This document shows positions 39,925-48,989 of a stretch of DNA of 64,000 bases, in pieces (positions within the stretch are counted from its first letter, which is position 1; each line of letters starts with the position of its first letter). The stretch is from contig OZ242296.1 in the NCBI GenBank assembly GCA_965207735.1, forward strand, positions 64,001 to 128,000, in the 5' to 3' direction. The translations under genes were made by a program, and so were the position numbers. Source of the stretch: Candidatus Versatilivorator sp. (GTDB lineage: Bacteria > Acidobacteriota > Terriglobia > Versatilivoradales > Versatilivoraceae). The notes beneath the pieces are model-generated. The model was given only the letters and a program-made list of their open reading frames with translations. It did not search any database and was not told the DNA's origin.

Positions 39925-41565
39925 ATGCTGGGCAGCCAAGTGATCGCCGAACTATTGAAACGGGAAGGCGTGGAGCAGGTGTTCTGCTTTCCGCTGACTC
40001 CGATCCTCGACGCCTTGACCGAGGCCGGGGTTCGGCTGATCGTGGCCCGTCAGGAACGGGTGGCGGGCAACATGGCCGACGGATTCTCGCGGACCGCCTG
40101 CGGCGACCGCATCGGAGTAGTGACTGTGCAGCAGGGTCCGGGAGCCGAAAATGCCTTCGCCGGGATCGCCCACGCCTATACCGATTCCAGCCCCATCCTC
40201 TTCCTTCCGGGGCATCCCGGGAGAAACCAGGCCGGGGTTCCACCCACCTTCGGCTCGCTGGAAAACTACCGGGCCACCACCAAGTGGGCCGACCGGATCC
40301 CGGCGGCGGCAGCCATCCCCGGCCGGATGGCCCGGGCTTTCACCGCCTTGCGTTCGGGGAGACCCGGTCCGGTGTTGCTGGAGATTCCGGTAGACGTGGC
40401 CGAGGAGAAATTTTCGGGTTCCCTGGAGTACCGGCCGGTGCCGAAAATCAGGACCGGAGGAGACCCCGCGGCCGTCAGGGAAGCCGTTCGGGTGCTGCTG
40501 GCTGCCAAGCGACCGCTCATCTGGGCAGGGCAAGGGGTTTTCTACGCCAAGGCCGCCAGGCAACTGGAGCAGTTGGCGGAGCGGTTGGCGGCGCCGGTGA
40601 TGACCTCGCTCCAGGGCAAGAGCGCCTTCAACGAGACCCATCCTCTGGCTCTGGGGACCACCGGGTACAGCCAGACCGACATGGTGGGGGAGCACCTGGC
40701 GACCAGCGACGCCCTGTTGGTCATCGGCGCCAGCCTCACCCGCTCCCTGTTCGCCCCTGCCATTCCCGCCGACGGCCGGGTGCTCATTCATGCCACCCTG
40801 GACTGGAAGGATCTGAACAAGGGTTATCGGGCCGACGTGCCCATCCTGGGAGACGCCAAGCTGGTCCTGGAGCAGATGCTGGAGGAGGTCGAACGCCAGT
40901 CGGGGAACGAGGGACGGGAAGCTCGCCGCCGATCGGTCGAAGCCGGAATCGGGAAGCGTCGCGAGGCTTGGCAGGCACGCTGGGACGGCAAGCTCCAATC
41001 CTCCCAGACGCCCATCAACCCCTATCGAGTCATCGGCGAGCTGAAGAAAGCAGTGGACCCGGCCTCGGCCATCGTCACTCACGATTCCGGTTCCCCCCGA
41101 GATCAGATCGCTCCGCTCTACGAGGCGGTGACGCCGCGCGGTTACCTGGGATGGGGAAATTCAACCCAGTTGGGCTTTTCCCTGGGTGCCGCCATGGGGG
41201 CCAAGCTGGCGGCTCCCGACAAGCTGGTGGTCACTCTCATGGGAGATGCGGCCTTCGGGATGGTGGGCATGGATCTGGAGACGGCGGTGCGGGAAAACAT
41301 CCCCATCCTGGTTCTGCTATTGAACAATTCGGCCATGGGCGGCTACGAACAGCACATCCCCAAAGCCGCCATAGAAGGCCGCGTCAAGTTCCTGTCGGGA
41401 AACTACAGCCAGGTGGCTCGGGGGTTGGGGGCCTATGCCGAGCGGATCGAAGATCCGGAAGCGGTGCAGGCTGCCTTGCAACGCGGAATGGCTGCAACTC
41501 GGGAAGGGCAGCCGGCCCTGTTGGAGTTCATCACCTGCGAGGAAACGGATATCGCCAAGCGCTAG
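39925..41565 (+). CDS. Thiamine-diphosphate-dependent enzyme (acetolactate synthase-like fold)
   Basis: ARQER, GPGAEN, GRPGPVLLEIP, GDAAF...NN motif. Confidence 0.9.
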   Translation: MLGSQVIAELLKREGVEQVFCFPLTPILDALTEAGVRLIVARQERVAGNMADGFSRTACGDRIGVVTVQQGPGAENAFAGIAHAYTDSSPILFLPGHPGRNQAGVPPTFGSLENYRATTKWADRIPAAAAIPGRMARAFTALRSGRPGPVLLEIPVDVAEEKFSGSLEYRPVPKIRTGGDPAAVREAVRVLLAAKRPLIWAGQGVFYAKAARQLEQLAERLAAPVMTSLQGKSAFNETHPLALGTTGYSQTDMVGEHLATSDALLVIGASLTRSLFAPAIPADGRVLIHATLDWKDLNKGYRADVPILGDAKLVLEQMLEEVERQSGNEGREARRRSVEAGIGKRREAWQARWDGKLQSSQTPINPYRVIGELKKAVDPASAIVTHDSGSPRDQIAPLYEAVTPRGYLGWGNSTQLGFSLGAAMGAKLAAPDKLVVTLMGDAAFGMVGMDLETAVRENIPILVLLLNNSAMGGYEQHIPKAAIEGRVKFLSGNYSQVARGLGAYAERIEDPEAVQAALQRGMAATREGQPALLEFITCEETDIAKR

Positions 41566-41788
41566 CCCGCCCTGCCGTGCCTGAAACAAACGAAAAAAGA
41601 CAAAACAAAAAACTTTTCCACGAAGGGGCACGAAGAACGACGAAGGGCCACCAAGGCGCTGAGGTAAACCGCGACGGGGTGCCAAGTTCGCGAAGGGATT
41701 GTCGATTTCTGATTGTTTCACTCTCGAATGATCCGCACGGCAGGGTGGGGGCGGGACTTGTCTGAAACAAACGAAAAAAGACAAAGGA

Positions 41789-43275
41789 GAGCCTTTTGCA
41801 AAATTCGCAGATAGCGGGAATTTTCACGTGGGGAAAGATCAAGGAGGGCAGGTGGAAGGAGGGGCAAGACCACTGTCTGTTGTATCATGAAGGTGTCTGA
41901 ACCACATGATGAACGGAGGTGGAACTTGCCCCTTAGGGAAACCCTATCACGACACTGGTTCCGGTTTCAACGAGAGCTGTTTCCCCTGCTGGAGGAAGTT
42001 TTGGGGCCTCTGGGAGAGCGTTACCAGCGGCTGGTGCAGGTATTGGAGTTGGTGCGGGTGGAGGAGTTGCTGCCTTACAGTCGGGGCTGGCGTGGCCGGC
42101 CGCTGGAGGATCGGGCAGTGCTGGCGCGAGCCTATCTGGCGAAGTCGATGCTGGAGGTGGCGACCACGCGGGGATTGGTGGAGCGGCTGAGGAGTGAGGG
42201 GAGGCTGCGGCGGCTGTGCGGCTGGGAGAGGGCGTGGGAGGTACCGAGCGAGTCGACCTTCTCGCGGGCCTTTGCGGAATTCGCTGAGAGCGACCTGCCG
42301 GGGCGTTTGCACGAGGCATTGCTGGAGGAGACGCTGAAGGGCCACTTGGCGGGGCATGTGTCGAGGGACTCGACGGCGATTGCGGGACGGGAAAAGCCAG
42401 CGGCCAAGGCTGCGCCGGAGGCCAAGCGGAAACGCCGGCGGGGCCGGCCGCCGAAGGGCGAGCGACGGCCCAAGCGGTTGAGCCGGCTGGAGCGGCAGGG
42501 GTCGATGACGCTGGAGGAAATGTTGAAGGAGTTGCCCAAGGCCTGCGACATCGGCGTCAAGCGCAACGCCAAGGGGCATCAGGAGAGCTGGACCGGCTAC
42601 AAGCTACACCTCGACGCCATTGACGGCGGGATTCCGGTCAGTTGTCTGCTGACCTCGGCCTCGGTGCATGACTCTCAGGCAGCCATTCCGCTGGCGACGC
42701 TGACGGCAAGGCGGGTCGAGAGTCTCTACGACTTGATGGACAGCGCCTACGATGCGCCGGAGATCCGGGCCTTCAGTGAGAAGCTGGGGCATGTGCCGAT
42801 TATTGACGTCAACCCCCGCCGAAGAGCTACCTTGAAAGCCGAGCGGAAGCGGGAGGCACTGGCCCGGCGCTGTATCGGCCAAGTGACTCCCGAGGCGCGG
42901 CGCTACCGGGAACGCTCGACGGTGGAGCGGGTCAACGGACGGCTCAAGGAGGAGTTTGGCGGGAGGCAGGTGAGGGTTCGCGGCCCCGACAAGGTGAGGT
43001 GCCACCTGATGTTCGGCATTCTGGCCCTGACGGTGGATCAGTTGATGCGCCTGACGCTCTGAAGACCGGGTTGCCACCCCCAACCGCACAGCAGGTTCGC
43101 CCGCCTCAAGGCCGGGAGAGGGTAAGCTGTGCCTGCGTCCGGCGACCGCTGGCCATCCGGCCATCAGATTCGGGCTTTTTCCTTCAAAAGGGTCTTTGCA
43201 GCTGGGTAGTCACCGCCGGAACATCACTGTTGCCAGCCCAATGTCATGCCCGATTCCGAATTTTGCAAAAGGCTC
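41789..43275 (+). mobile_element. Complete insertion sequence (DDE, IS4/IS5/IS1182 clan)
   Basis: Perfect 19-bp TIRs GAGCCTTTTGCAAAATTCG (41789-41807 and 43257-43275); AGGA target duplication (41785-88 and 43276-79). Confidence 0.93.
41926..43062 (+). CDS. DDE transposase
   Basis: PSESTFSR, RDSTAI, GYKLH, SVHDS, MDSAYD, YRERSTVERVNGRLK. Start taken at TTG after a GGAGGT RBS. Confidence 0.92.
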   Translation: MPLRETLSRHWFRFQRELFPLLEEVLGPLGERYQRLVQVLELVRVEELLPYSRGWRGRPLEDRAVLARAYLAKSMLEVATTRGLVERLRSEGRLRRLCGWERAWEVPSESTFSRAFAEFAESDLPGRLHEALLEETLKGHLAGHVSRDSTAIAGREKPAAKAAPEAKRKRRRGRPPKGERRPKRLSRLERQGSMTLEEMLKELPKACDIGVKRNAKGHQESWTGYKLHLDAIDGGIPVSCLLTSASVHDSQAAIPLATLTARRVESLYDLMDSAYDAPEIRAFSEKLGHVPIIDVNPRRRATLKAERKREALARRCIGQVTPEARRYRERSTVERVNGRLKEEFGGRQVRVRGPDKVRCHLMFGILALTVDQLMRLTL

Positions 43276-43439
43276 AGGAAAAAGACCTATCCACGAAGGG
43301 GCACGAAGAACGACGAAGGGCCACTAAGGCGCTGAGGTAAACCGCGACGGGGTACCAAGGTCGCGAAGGGATGGTCGATTTCCGATTGTTTCACTCTCGC
43401 ATGATCCACCCCGTGCGGCGGGGCCGGCTAACTACTAAT

Positions 43440-43530
43440 CACTCTCCACTCTCCACTCTCCACTCTTCACTCTTCACTCTTGCCTGAAACAACCCTGTTT
43501 CACTCTCGTATCGTCCGCACGGCAGGGGTG
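43440..43530. repeat. Heptamer array (CACTCTY)n plus a mini copy of the 181-bp repeat ends
   Basis: CACTCTCCACTCTCCACTCTCCACTCTTCACTCTTCACTCT, then GCCTGAAAC..TGTTTCACTCTCG..TCCGCACGGCAGGG. Confidence 0.75.
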
Positions 43531-43533
43531 TTG

Positions 43534-44562
43534 CTATCCGCCAGCCTCCAGAATATAGCTGATCACCGTATACACAACGTAAATGGCCAGCATGACCACT
43601 CCATGAGAGCGTCTCAGCCGATCTCGGCCCGGGCGGAGGCCGATCCTCAAGGTCAGCATCAGCAGCAGCATGGTCGGGAACAGAAGAATAAAGAATATGG
43701 GATCGGCGCTCAGACCCACGCGCGTGACCGCCCCCGCGGCTCCCACCACGAACAGGACGTTGAGGATATTGGCGCCGATCACGTTGCCCAGCGCCAACTC
43801 TCCATGGCCCCGAAAGGCGGCGGTGGTAGCGACCACCAGCTCCGGCAGGGAAGTCCCGAAAGCGACCAGCGTGGCCGCGATCACGCTCTCCGGAACCTCT
43901 AGGCGGACGGCGGACTCGGTGACCGCCGGCAGGAGAAGGCGTGCGGAGACCACGACCAGGGCAACCGATCCCACCAACCAGGCGACAATAGTCCCCGTCG
44001 AGTCCGTTTCACCCTGCTCACCCTCTTCCGACACCGGGCTTCTCTCCCGGGCCCAGTGGACCGATTGCCAGACATAACCTGCAAGGGCCAGCAGAAAGGC
44101 GACGGCCACGAATTGGGTGACTCGGCCGCCGCGGCTGAAGGCATCGCCTACCGAGGGCCAGGGGAAACAGGCCAGAACCAACAGAATGACCGCGGCCAAC
44201 TGGATGGCATTCTGCCGCGTGACGATCTTTCGGGCGATCCTCGGTGGATCCAGCAGACAGGACAGCCCCAGAATCAGACCGGTGTTGCAGATGATGGAGC
44301 CGACGGCGTTTCCCAGAGCCAGGCTCGACTGTCCCCGAATGGCAGCCAGAACCGAGACCGCCACCTCCGGCGTGGTGGTCCCCAGGCTCACAATGGTGGC
44401 TCCGATCACGACCTCGGGAATGCGTGAGCGCTGCGACAGGCTGACGGCCGCCGAGATCAGCCAGTCGGCCGCCTTTCCCAAAATGAGCAGGCTGCCCAGA
44501 ATGACTCCGGTCAGCAGGCTCCAATGGATCTCGGACAAATAGGATTGAAAGGCTTGTTCCAA
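43534..44562 (-). CDS. Calcium/sodium antiporter (YrbG/CaCA family)
   Basis: Alpha repeats GTTTPE...GNAVGSIICN and GTSLPE...GNVIGANILN. Confidence 0.92.
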   Translation of the reverse strand: MEQAFQSYLSEIHWSLLTGVILGSLLILGKAADWLISAAVSLSQRSRIPEVVIGATIVSLGTTTPEVAVSVLAAIRGQSSLALGNAVGSIICNTGLILGLSCLLDPPRIARKIVTRQNAIQLAAVILLVLACFPWPSVGDAFSRGGRVTQFVAVAFLLALAGYVWQSVHWARERSPVSEEGEQGETDSTGTIVAWLVGSVALVVVSARLLLPAVTESAVRLEVPESVIAATLVAFGTSLPELVVATTAAFRGHGELALGNVIGANILNVLFVVGAAGAVTRVGLSADPIFFILLFPTMLLLMLTLRIGLRPGRDRLRRSHGVVMLAIYVVYTVISYILEAGG

Positions 44563-44684
44563 GGGGTCGAGCGCGGGTCGTGGGGTGAAGGCTATTCAGG
44601 CGGTGAGTGGCTGACGGCGACACTCGCCCGGGACTCGGCGGGTACCGCAGGCAGGATGCTATTCGTTTCCGTCCCGGATGGCAA

Positions 44685-45290
44685 TCAAATCCCGCCTCCG
44701 GCGCTTTCACCAGCCACCTTCCCACGCGGGGCCGGCTCCAGATGCACGTCGTAGTTCTGGGTGACCGGGATGCAGAAAGTGTCGGCGTCGTCGCAGGCGA
44801 AGTAGCGCACGGTAAGGTGCAAAGGCCGGTCTCGTCCGGTGGCGGCGATGTCCAGCAGGAACTCCCGCGGGTCCTTGTCGGCGGGTTGCTCCACCTTGGG
44901 GCCGGTTGCGCGGCTGGGCGTGACTCGGACTCCCTCGGCAGTTTCCAGCCGGAATTCCAGCGGCTTGACCCGGTTGTTCCAGTGGACGGCATAGCCTGGA
45001 TCCAGGTGGAAACCGAGATAGAGCTTGCCCTCTCCCCGAGTCAGAAAGGGTCGATCCACCTCAGCCCGCAGGGTGGCGTAGTAGGGGATGGGCCTTTTCC
45101 GCTTTCCCGGCACGATCTTCAGCGGGACCATTCCGGCAGGGCGCCGGACCCCGGGAACGATGCCGGAGGGAATTTTCCGGTTGGGACGACCGGACTTTGC
45201 CTCCGTCTGCGGCTCGGCTGCCCCGGACCGTTCCATGCTGACGAGCGTCAGGGCAAAAAGTCCCAACCCAACCCATGCGGTTGCACGCAT
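44685..45290 (-). CDS. Exported hypothetical protein, DsbD-N-like
   Basis: GGAGG RBS, signal peptide MRATAWVGLGLF, GFHLDPGYAVHWNN, YFACDDADTFC. Confidence 0.65.
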   Translation of the reverse strand: MRATAWVGLGLFALTLVSMERSGAAEPQTEAKSGRPNRKIPSGIVPGVRRPAGMVPLKIVPGKRKRPIPYYATLRAEVDRPFLTRGEGKLYLGFHLDPGYAVHWNNRVKPLEFRLETAEGVRVTPSRATGPKVEQPADKDPREFLLDIAATGRDRPLHLTVRYFACDDADTFCIPVTQNYDVHLEPAPRGKVAGESAGGGI

Positions 45291-46768
45291 CACCGTTCTT
45301 CCTCCCCTTGTAGTGTATCGCCTGTCGAACGGCAGCCGCCACCCGTTTGGTAGGCTCCGCCTGTACCGGCGCGGTGTCCCCGCAGTGAGGGCGTCCGGCC
45401 CTCTCTGAGCTCTGTGGACTTGCGGGTCCAGACCGCCAGCAGCACCGCGCCGATGCCAATCAGCCCGGCCGACAGTCCGACCCACAGGCCCTGGACCCCC
45501 CAATTGAAATGAAAGCAGAGAAGATAGCCCAGCACCATGCCCACCGGCCAGTGTCCGATCAGGTTGACCACCATGGGCGTTCTGGTATCGGCGGCGCCTC
45601 TCAGGATCCCGGTAGCCACCACCTGTATGCCGTCGAAAAACAGGAAAGCCGCGGCGATCAGCAACAGGGACGTTCCGATGGAGATCACCTGCAGGTCCGA
45701 GGTGAAGAGGCGGATGATCCCCTCCGGCAGCAGGACAAAAAACAGACCGGCGACCAGCATGAAGCCGCTTCCCAGCAGCAGGGCCATCCAACCCGAATCC
45801 GCCGCCCGCCGTGGATCTCCACGGCCGATTTCCCGGCCCACCAGTACCGCTCCGGCCGAGGAGACACCCAGCGGAACCATGAACACGAAGCCGGCCGCGT
45901 TCAGCGCGATCTGGTGGGCGGCCACCGCTGCCGGCTCCAGCTTTCCCGCCAGCGACGTCACGGTGGCAAAGACCCCCACCTCCAGGGTGGTCTGCAGCGA
46001 TGCCGGAAGACCCAGGTTCACCAGGCGGCGCATTCTGTCCAGGTCGGGCCAGAAAGAGATCCGTAGAAGGGGTGTCTGCCGGCGGCGGTGGTGACGGAAG
46101 ATGAGCATCGCCAGGCCGAGAGCCATGTAGAGGCGCGAGATGCAGGTGGCCCAGCCCGCGCCCTCGACCCCCATGGCGGGGAACCCCAATTTGCCGAATA
46201 TGAGCACCCAGTTGGAGCCGACGTTCACCAGGTTGGCGGTGACCAGCACCACCATGATCCCCTTGACTCGCCCGATTCCCTGCAGGTAGCGGCGAAAGTT
46301 GTTGTAGAGCATCAGGGGGAAAATGCCCCAGCTCACCGCCACCAGGTAGGGCGGCGTGAGCGCCAGCACCTCGGGGTGGAAGCCCCAGAGTCCCAGGTAG
46401 GGCAGGCTGCCCCAGAGGATGAGCATCATGAGGGGGCTGAGCAGAATACTGAGATGGATGCCGTGCACCAGCCATTCCTGGCATTCCTGCCATTGATTGG
46501 CTCCGTGGGCTTGAGAGACCAGGGTGTCCAACCCCAGCGACAGCCCCATTCCCAGGATGGTTGCCGCCAGGAAAACCGCCGTTCCGATGCTCACGGCCCC
46601 GATGGCTTCCGCACTCAGGCGCCCCACCATCATGGTGTCCACCAGGCTCATGGTCATCCAGCCCAACTCGGTCGTGGCCACCGGGACCGACAGCCAGACC
46701 ATCGGTTTCAGTTCGCGCAGCAGTCTGACACGGGGATCCTTCGGAGCGGGATAGGGGATGGGGGACAT
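45290..46768 (-). CDS. MATE efflux transporter (NorM-like)
   Basis: VDTMMVGRL, MGVEGAGWAT, AAHQIALN, DGIQVVATGILRG. Confidence 0.93.
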   Translation of the reverse strand: MSPIPYPAPKDPRVRLLRELKPMVWLSVPVATTELGWMTMSLVDTMMVGRLSAEAIGAVSIGTAVFLAATILGMGLSLGLDTLVSQAHGANQWQECQEWLVHGIHLSILLSPLMMLILWGSLPYLGLWGFHPEVLALTPPYLVAVSWGIFPLMLYNNFRRYLQGIGRVKGIMVVLVTANLVNVGSNWVLIFGKLGFPAMGVEGAGWATCISRLYMALGLAMLIFRHHRRRQTPLLRISFWPDLDRMRRLVNLGLPASLQTTLEVGVFATVTSLAGKLEPAAVAAHQIALNAAGFVFMVPLGVSSAGAVLVGREIGRGDPRRAADSGWMALLLGSGFMLVAGLFFVLLPEGIIRLFTSDLQVISIGTSLLLIAAAFLFFDGIQVVATGILRGAADTRTPMVVNLIGHWPVGMVLGYLLCFHFNWGVQGLWVGLSAGLIGIGAVLLAVWTRKSTELREGRTPSLRGHRAGTGGAYQTGGGCRSTGDTLQGEEER

Positions 46769-46936
46769 TCTTTTTGTTTTGTGGTTTGGGAAGTTACTCC
46801 GTAAACTCTCGGCACGTTCCAGTCGGCCCGACGAGCGTCAGGGAACGACAGCCGGACGACTGGGAAATTGTTGCCGGGAGCGAGCCGACGGCGGTGGGAG
46901 ACGGTTCATTCAACGAGAAAAGGAGGTCCCTTGGTC

Positions 46937-48040
46937 ATGAGACAGGAATCCAATTTAGCAAAAAACAGGCCCATGGAGCGCCGGGAATTTCTGCGGGCGG
47001 CAGGGAAAATTGCCGCCGTCACCGCCATGACCTCGGAGGCCTTCGGACGCAACTTCGGCCCTGAGGCGGAGCCGGTGCGCTACCCGGAGCCAGACGTGGT
47101 GGCTCTCGACGAGCGCTTCAAATACAAGCTGGGGAATTCACCCATTCTGCGCCTGCACCGCGGGACCCTGTGGGCCGAAGGGCCGGCCTGGAACGGCGTC
47201 GGCCGCTACCTGCTATGGAGCGACATCCCCACCAACGAGCAGCTTCGCTGGCTGGAGGAAGACGGCCACGTGGCCCGGCGGTTTCGCTTTCCCTCGGGGA
47301 ATTCCAACGGGAACACCTTTGACTTTCAGGGCCGCCAGATCGCCTGCGAGCACGGCAACCGCAGGGTGGTACGCTACGAGTTCAACGGAGGAATCACGGT
47401 GCTGGCCGATTCCCATGGGGGCAAGTCGCTGAACGCTCCCAACGACGCCGTGGTCCACCCTGAAGACGGCGCCGTCTGGTTTACCGATCCCGGATACGGC
47501 AGCCTGATGAATTACGAGGGGAACCGGGCCGACACGGGATCCCTCCAGCCCTTCCAGAAGGAAGCCATCTACCGGGTCGCCCCCCGGCAGGGCACACTGG
47601 AAAAGGTGGCGGACGACATCTACAAGCCCAACGGGCTCTGCTTTTCTCCCGACTACAAGAAACTCTACGTGGCCGACACCGGGGCCTCACACTATCCGGA
47701 TGCACCCAAGAACATCAAGGTCTGGGACGTGGTGGACCGGAAGCATCTGAGAAACGGCAGAGAGTTCGCTTCCATGGAGTTCATGGGCAAGACCGGTTTC
47801 GCCGACGGTATCCGAGCCGATACCGACGGCAACATATGGGCCAGCGCCGGTTGGGTTGGGGACGGTTACGACGGGGTGCACATCTTCGCTCCCGACGGCG
47901 ACCGCATCGGCTTGATCCGGCTGCCGGAGATCTGCTCCAACGTCTGCTTTGGGGGAACCAAGCGCAACCGGCTGTTCATGACCGGGAGTCAGTCCCTCTA
48001 CGCGGTCTACGTGGAGACGCAGGGAGCCCACCTGACCTGA
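46937..48040 (+). CDS. SMP-30/gluconolactonase family protein, Tat-exported
   Basis: ERREFL, WAEGPAW, SNGNTFD, PNDAVV, PNGLCFSPD, DGIRAD. Confidence 0.92.
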   Translation: MRQESNLAKNRPMERREFLRAAGKIAAVTAMTSEAFGRNFGPEAEPVRYPEPDVVALDERFKYKLGNSPILRLHRGTLWAEGPAWNGVGRYLLWSDIPTNEQLRWLEEDGHVARRFRFPSGNSNGNTFDFQGRQIACEHGNRRVVRYEFNGGITVLADSHGGKSLNAPNDAVVHPEDGAVWFTDPGYGSLMNYEGNRADTGSLQPFQKEAIYRVAPRQGTLEKVADDIYKPNGLCFSPDYKKLYVADTGASHYPDAPKNIKVWDVVDRKHLRNGREFASMEFMGKTGFADGIRADTDGNIWASAGWVGDGYDGVHIFAPDGDRIGLIRLPEICSNVCFGGTKRNRLFMTGSQSLYAVYVETQGAHLT

Positions 48041-48092
48041 AGCCGTCGGTTTATTTTCCAATTGCGGGTTAGCGGTTCTTTTCACGGGGGCG

Positions 48093-48581
48093 TCAGCTTG
48101 CGTCAGCCTCCACGGTCTTGTCGCCGCGCCTCTTGCCTTTGATGAGAAGCAAAATGGAGCCCAGAACCATACCGATGACCATGGCCATCACGATCCAGAC
48201 CACCAGGTTGCGCACCGGAATTACCAGGTACCCCTGAAAAGCGCCGATGCCCTCGCCCACGTTTCCTCCCATGGCGGTGAGGAAGCGGGACGACTGCCAC
48301 TGCCACAGGAAGGCCATCCAGTAGGTCACCAGCACCATCAGCCGGGTGTAGAGGGTATAGAGGAAAAGGTCCTTGAAAAGCGCTCGGTAGGGACGATCGC
48401 TCCCATACGCCTGGATCTGGTAAGCGAGGTAAAAGGGCACCAGAAAGTGCAGCCAGGCGACCCCCAGAAGATTGTTGATCGAATCGGGCGTGCCCAGTTG
48501 TTCCAGGACAATCCTCAACAGGACCAGGATTGCGGCGACGATCAGGGGCCATTTCAGTCTGTTTCCGGCGTCCGATGCCAT
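48093..48581 (-). CDS. Hypothetical four-TM membrane protein
   Basis: GGAG RBS and four hydrophobic segments. Confidence 0.7.
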   Translation of the reverse strand: MASDAGNRLKWPLIVAAILVLLRIVLEQLGTPDSINNLLGVAWLHFLVPFYLAYQIQAYGSDRPYRALFKDLFLYTLYTRLMVLVTYWMAFLWQWQSSRFLTAMGGNVGEGIGAFQGYLVIPVRNLVVWIVMAMVIGMVLGSILLLIKGKRRGDKTVEADAS

Positions 48582-48761
48582 GGGTTGTCTCCTTGGGATT
48601 CAGTCGATGTCGGTAGCCTGTAGCATATCACGGCCCGGAGCTTGGAACGATTCCCCCCGGTCGGAGTTGGGGGTTGGCACGCGTCACCGGATCCGGGAAG
48701 GAGAGGCCTATTCCGTGGTTGGCCAGCCCTCCGTCCTCGACGACGGGACGGATCATTCAGG

Positions 48762-48932
48762 GTGAAATATAGTGAAGAGTGAAGAGTGAAGAGTGAAGAG
48801 TGGTCAGCGGAGGGTTTCGGGAACAGGCAAGCACCTGATGAACTGACTGGGCTTATTTGAAAGACTGCGCCGAGACCGACAAGTTGCATTACCTGTCGAT
48901 CAAATAACTATCCACTATCCACTCTTCACTTT
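48762..48932. repeat. ~165-bp element with inverted heptamer-array arms, copy 2
   Basis: (AAGAGTG)n GTCAGCGGAG...CAAAT (CACTATC/CACTCTT)n; the core matches 20566-20723. Confidence 0.8.
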
Positions 48933-48989
48933 TGCCTGGCCTAGCCGCCGTCCCATACGACGGGGCGGCTCAAAAAGGGTGAAACCAGA

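Larger units (their letters stand above)
41566..43407. repeat. Tandem 181-bp repeat (two units; second unit interrupted by the IS)
   Basis: Unit starts CTGAAACAAACGAAAAAAGACAAA at 41581 and 41762. The second unit resumes at 43280 and matches about 41610-41735. Confidence 0.85.

Noticed and set aside
44685-46493. 602-aa ORF
   Set aside because: The upstream two thirds are an alternate frame of the MATE gene; only 44685-45290 looks real
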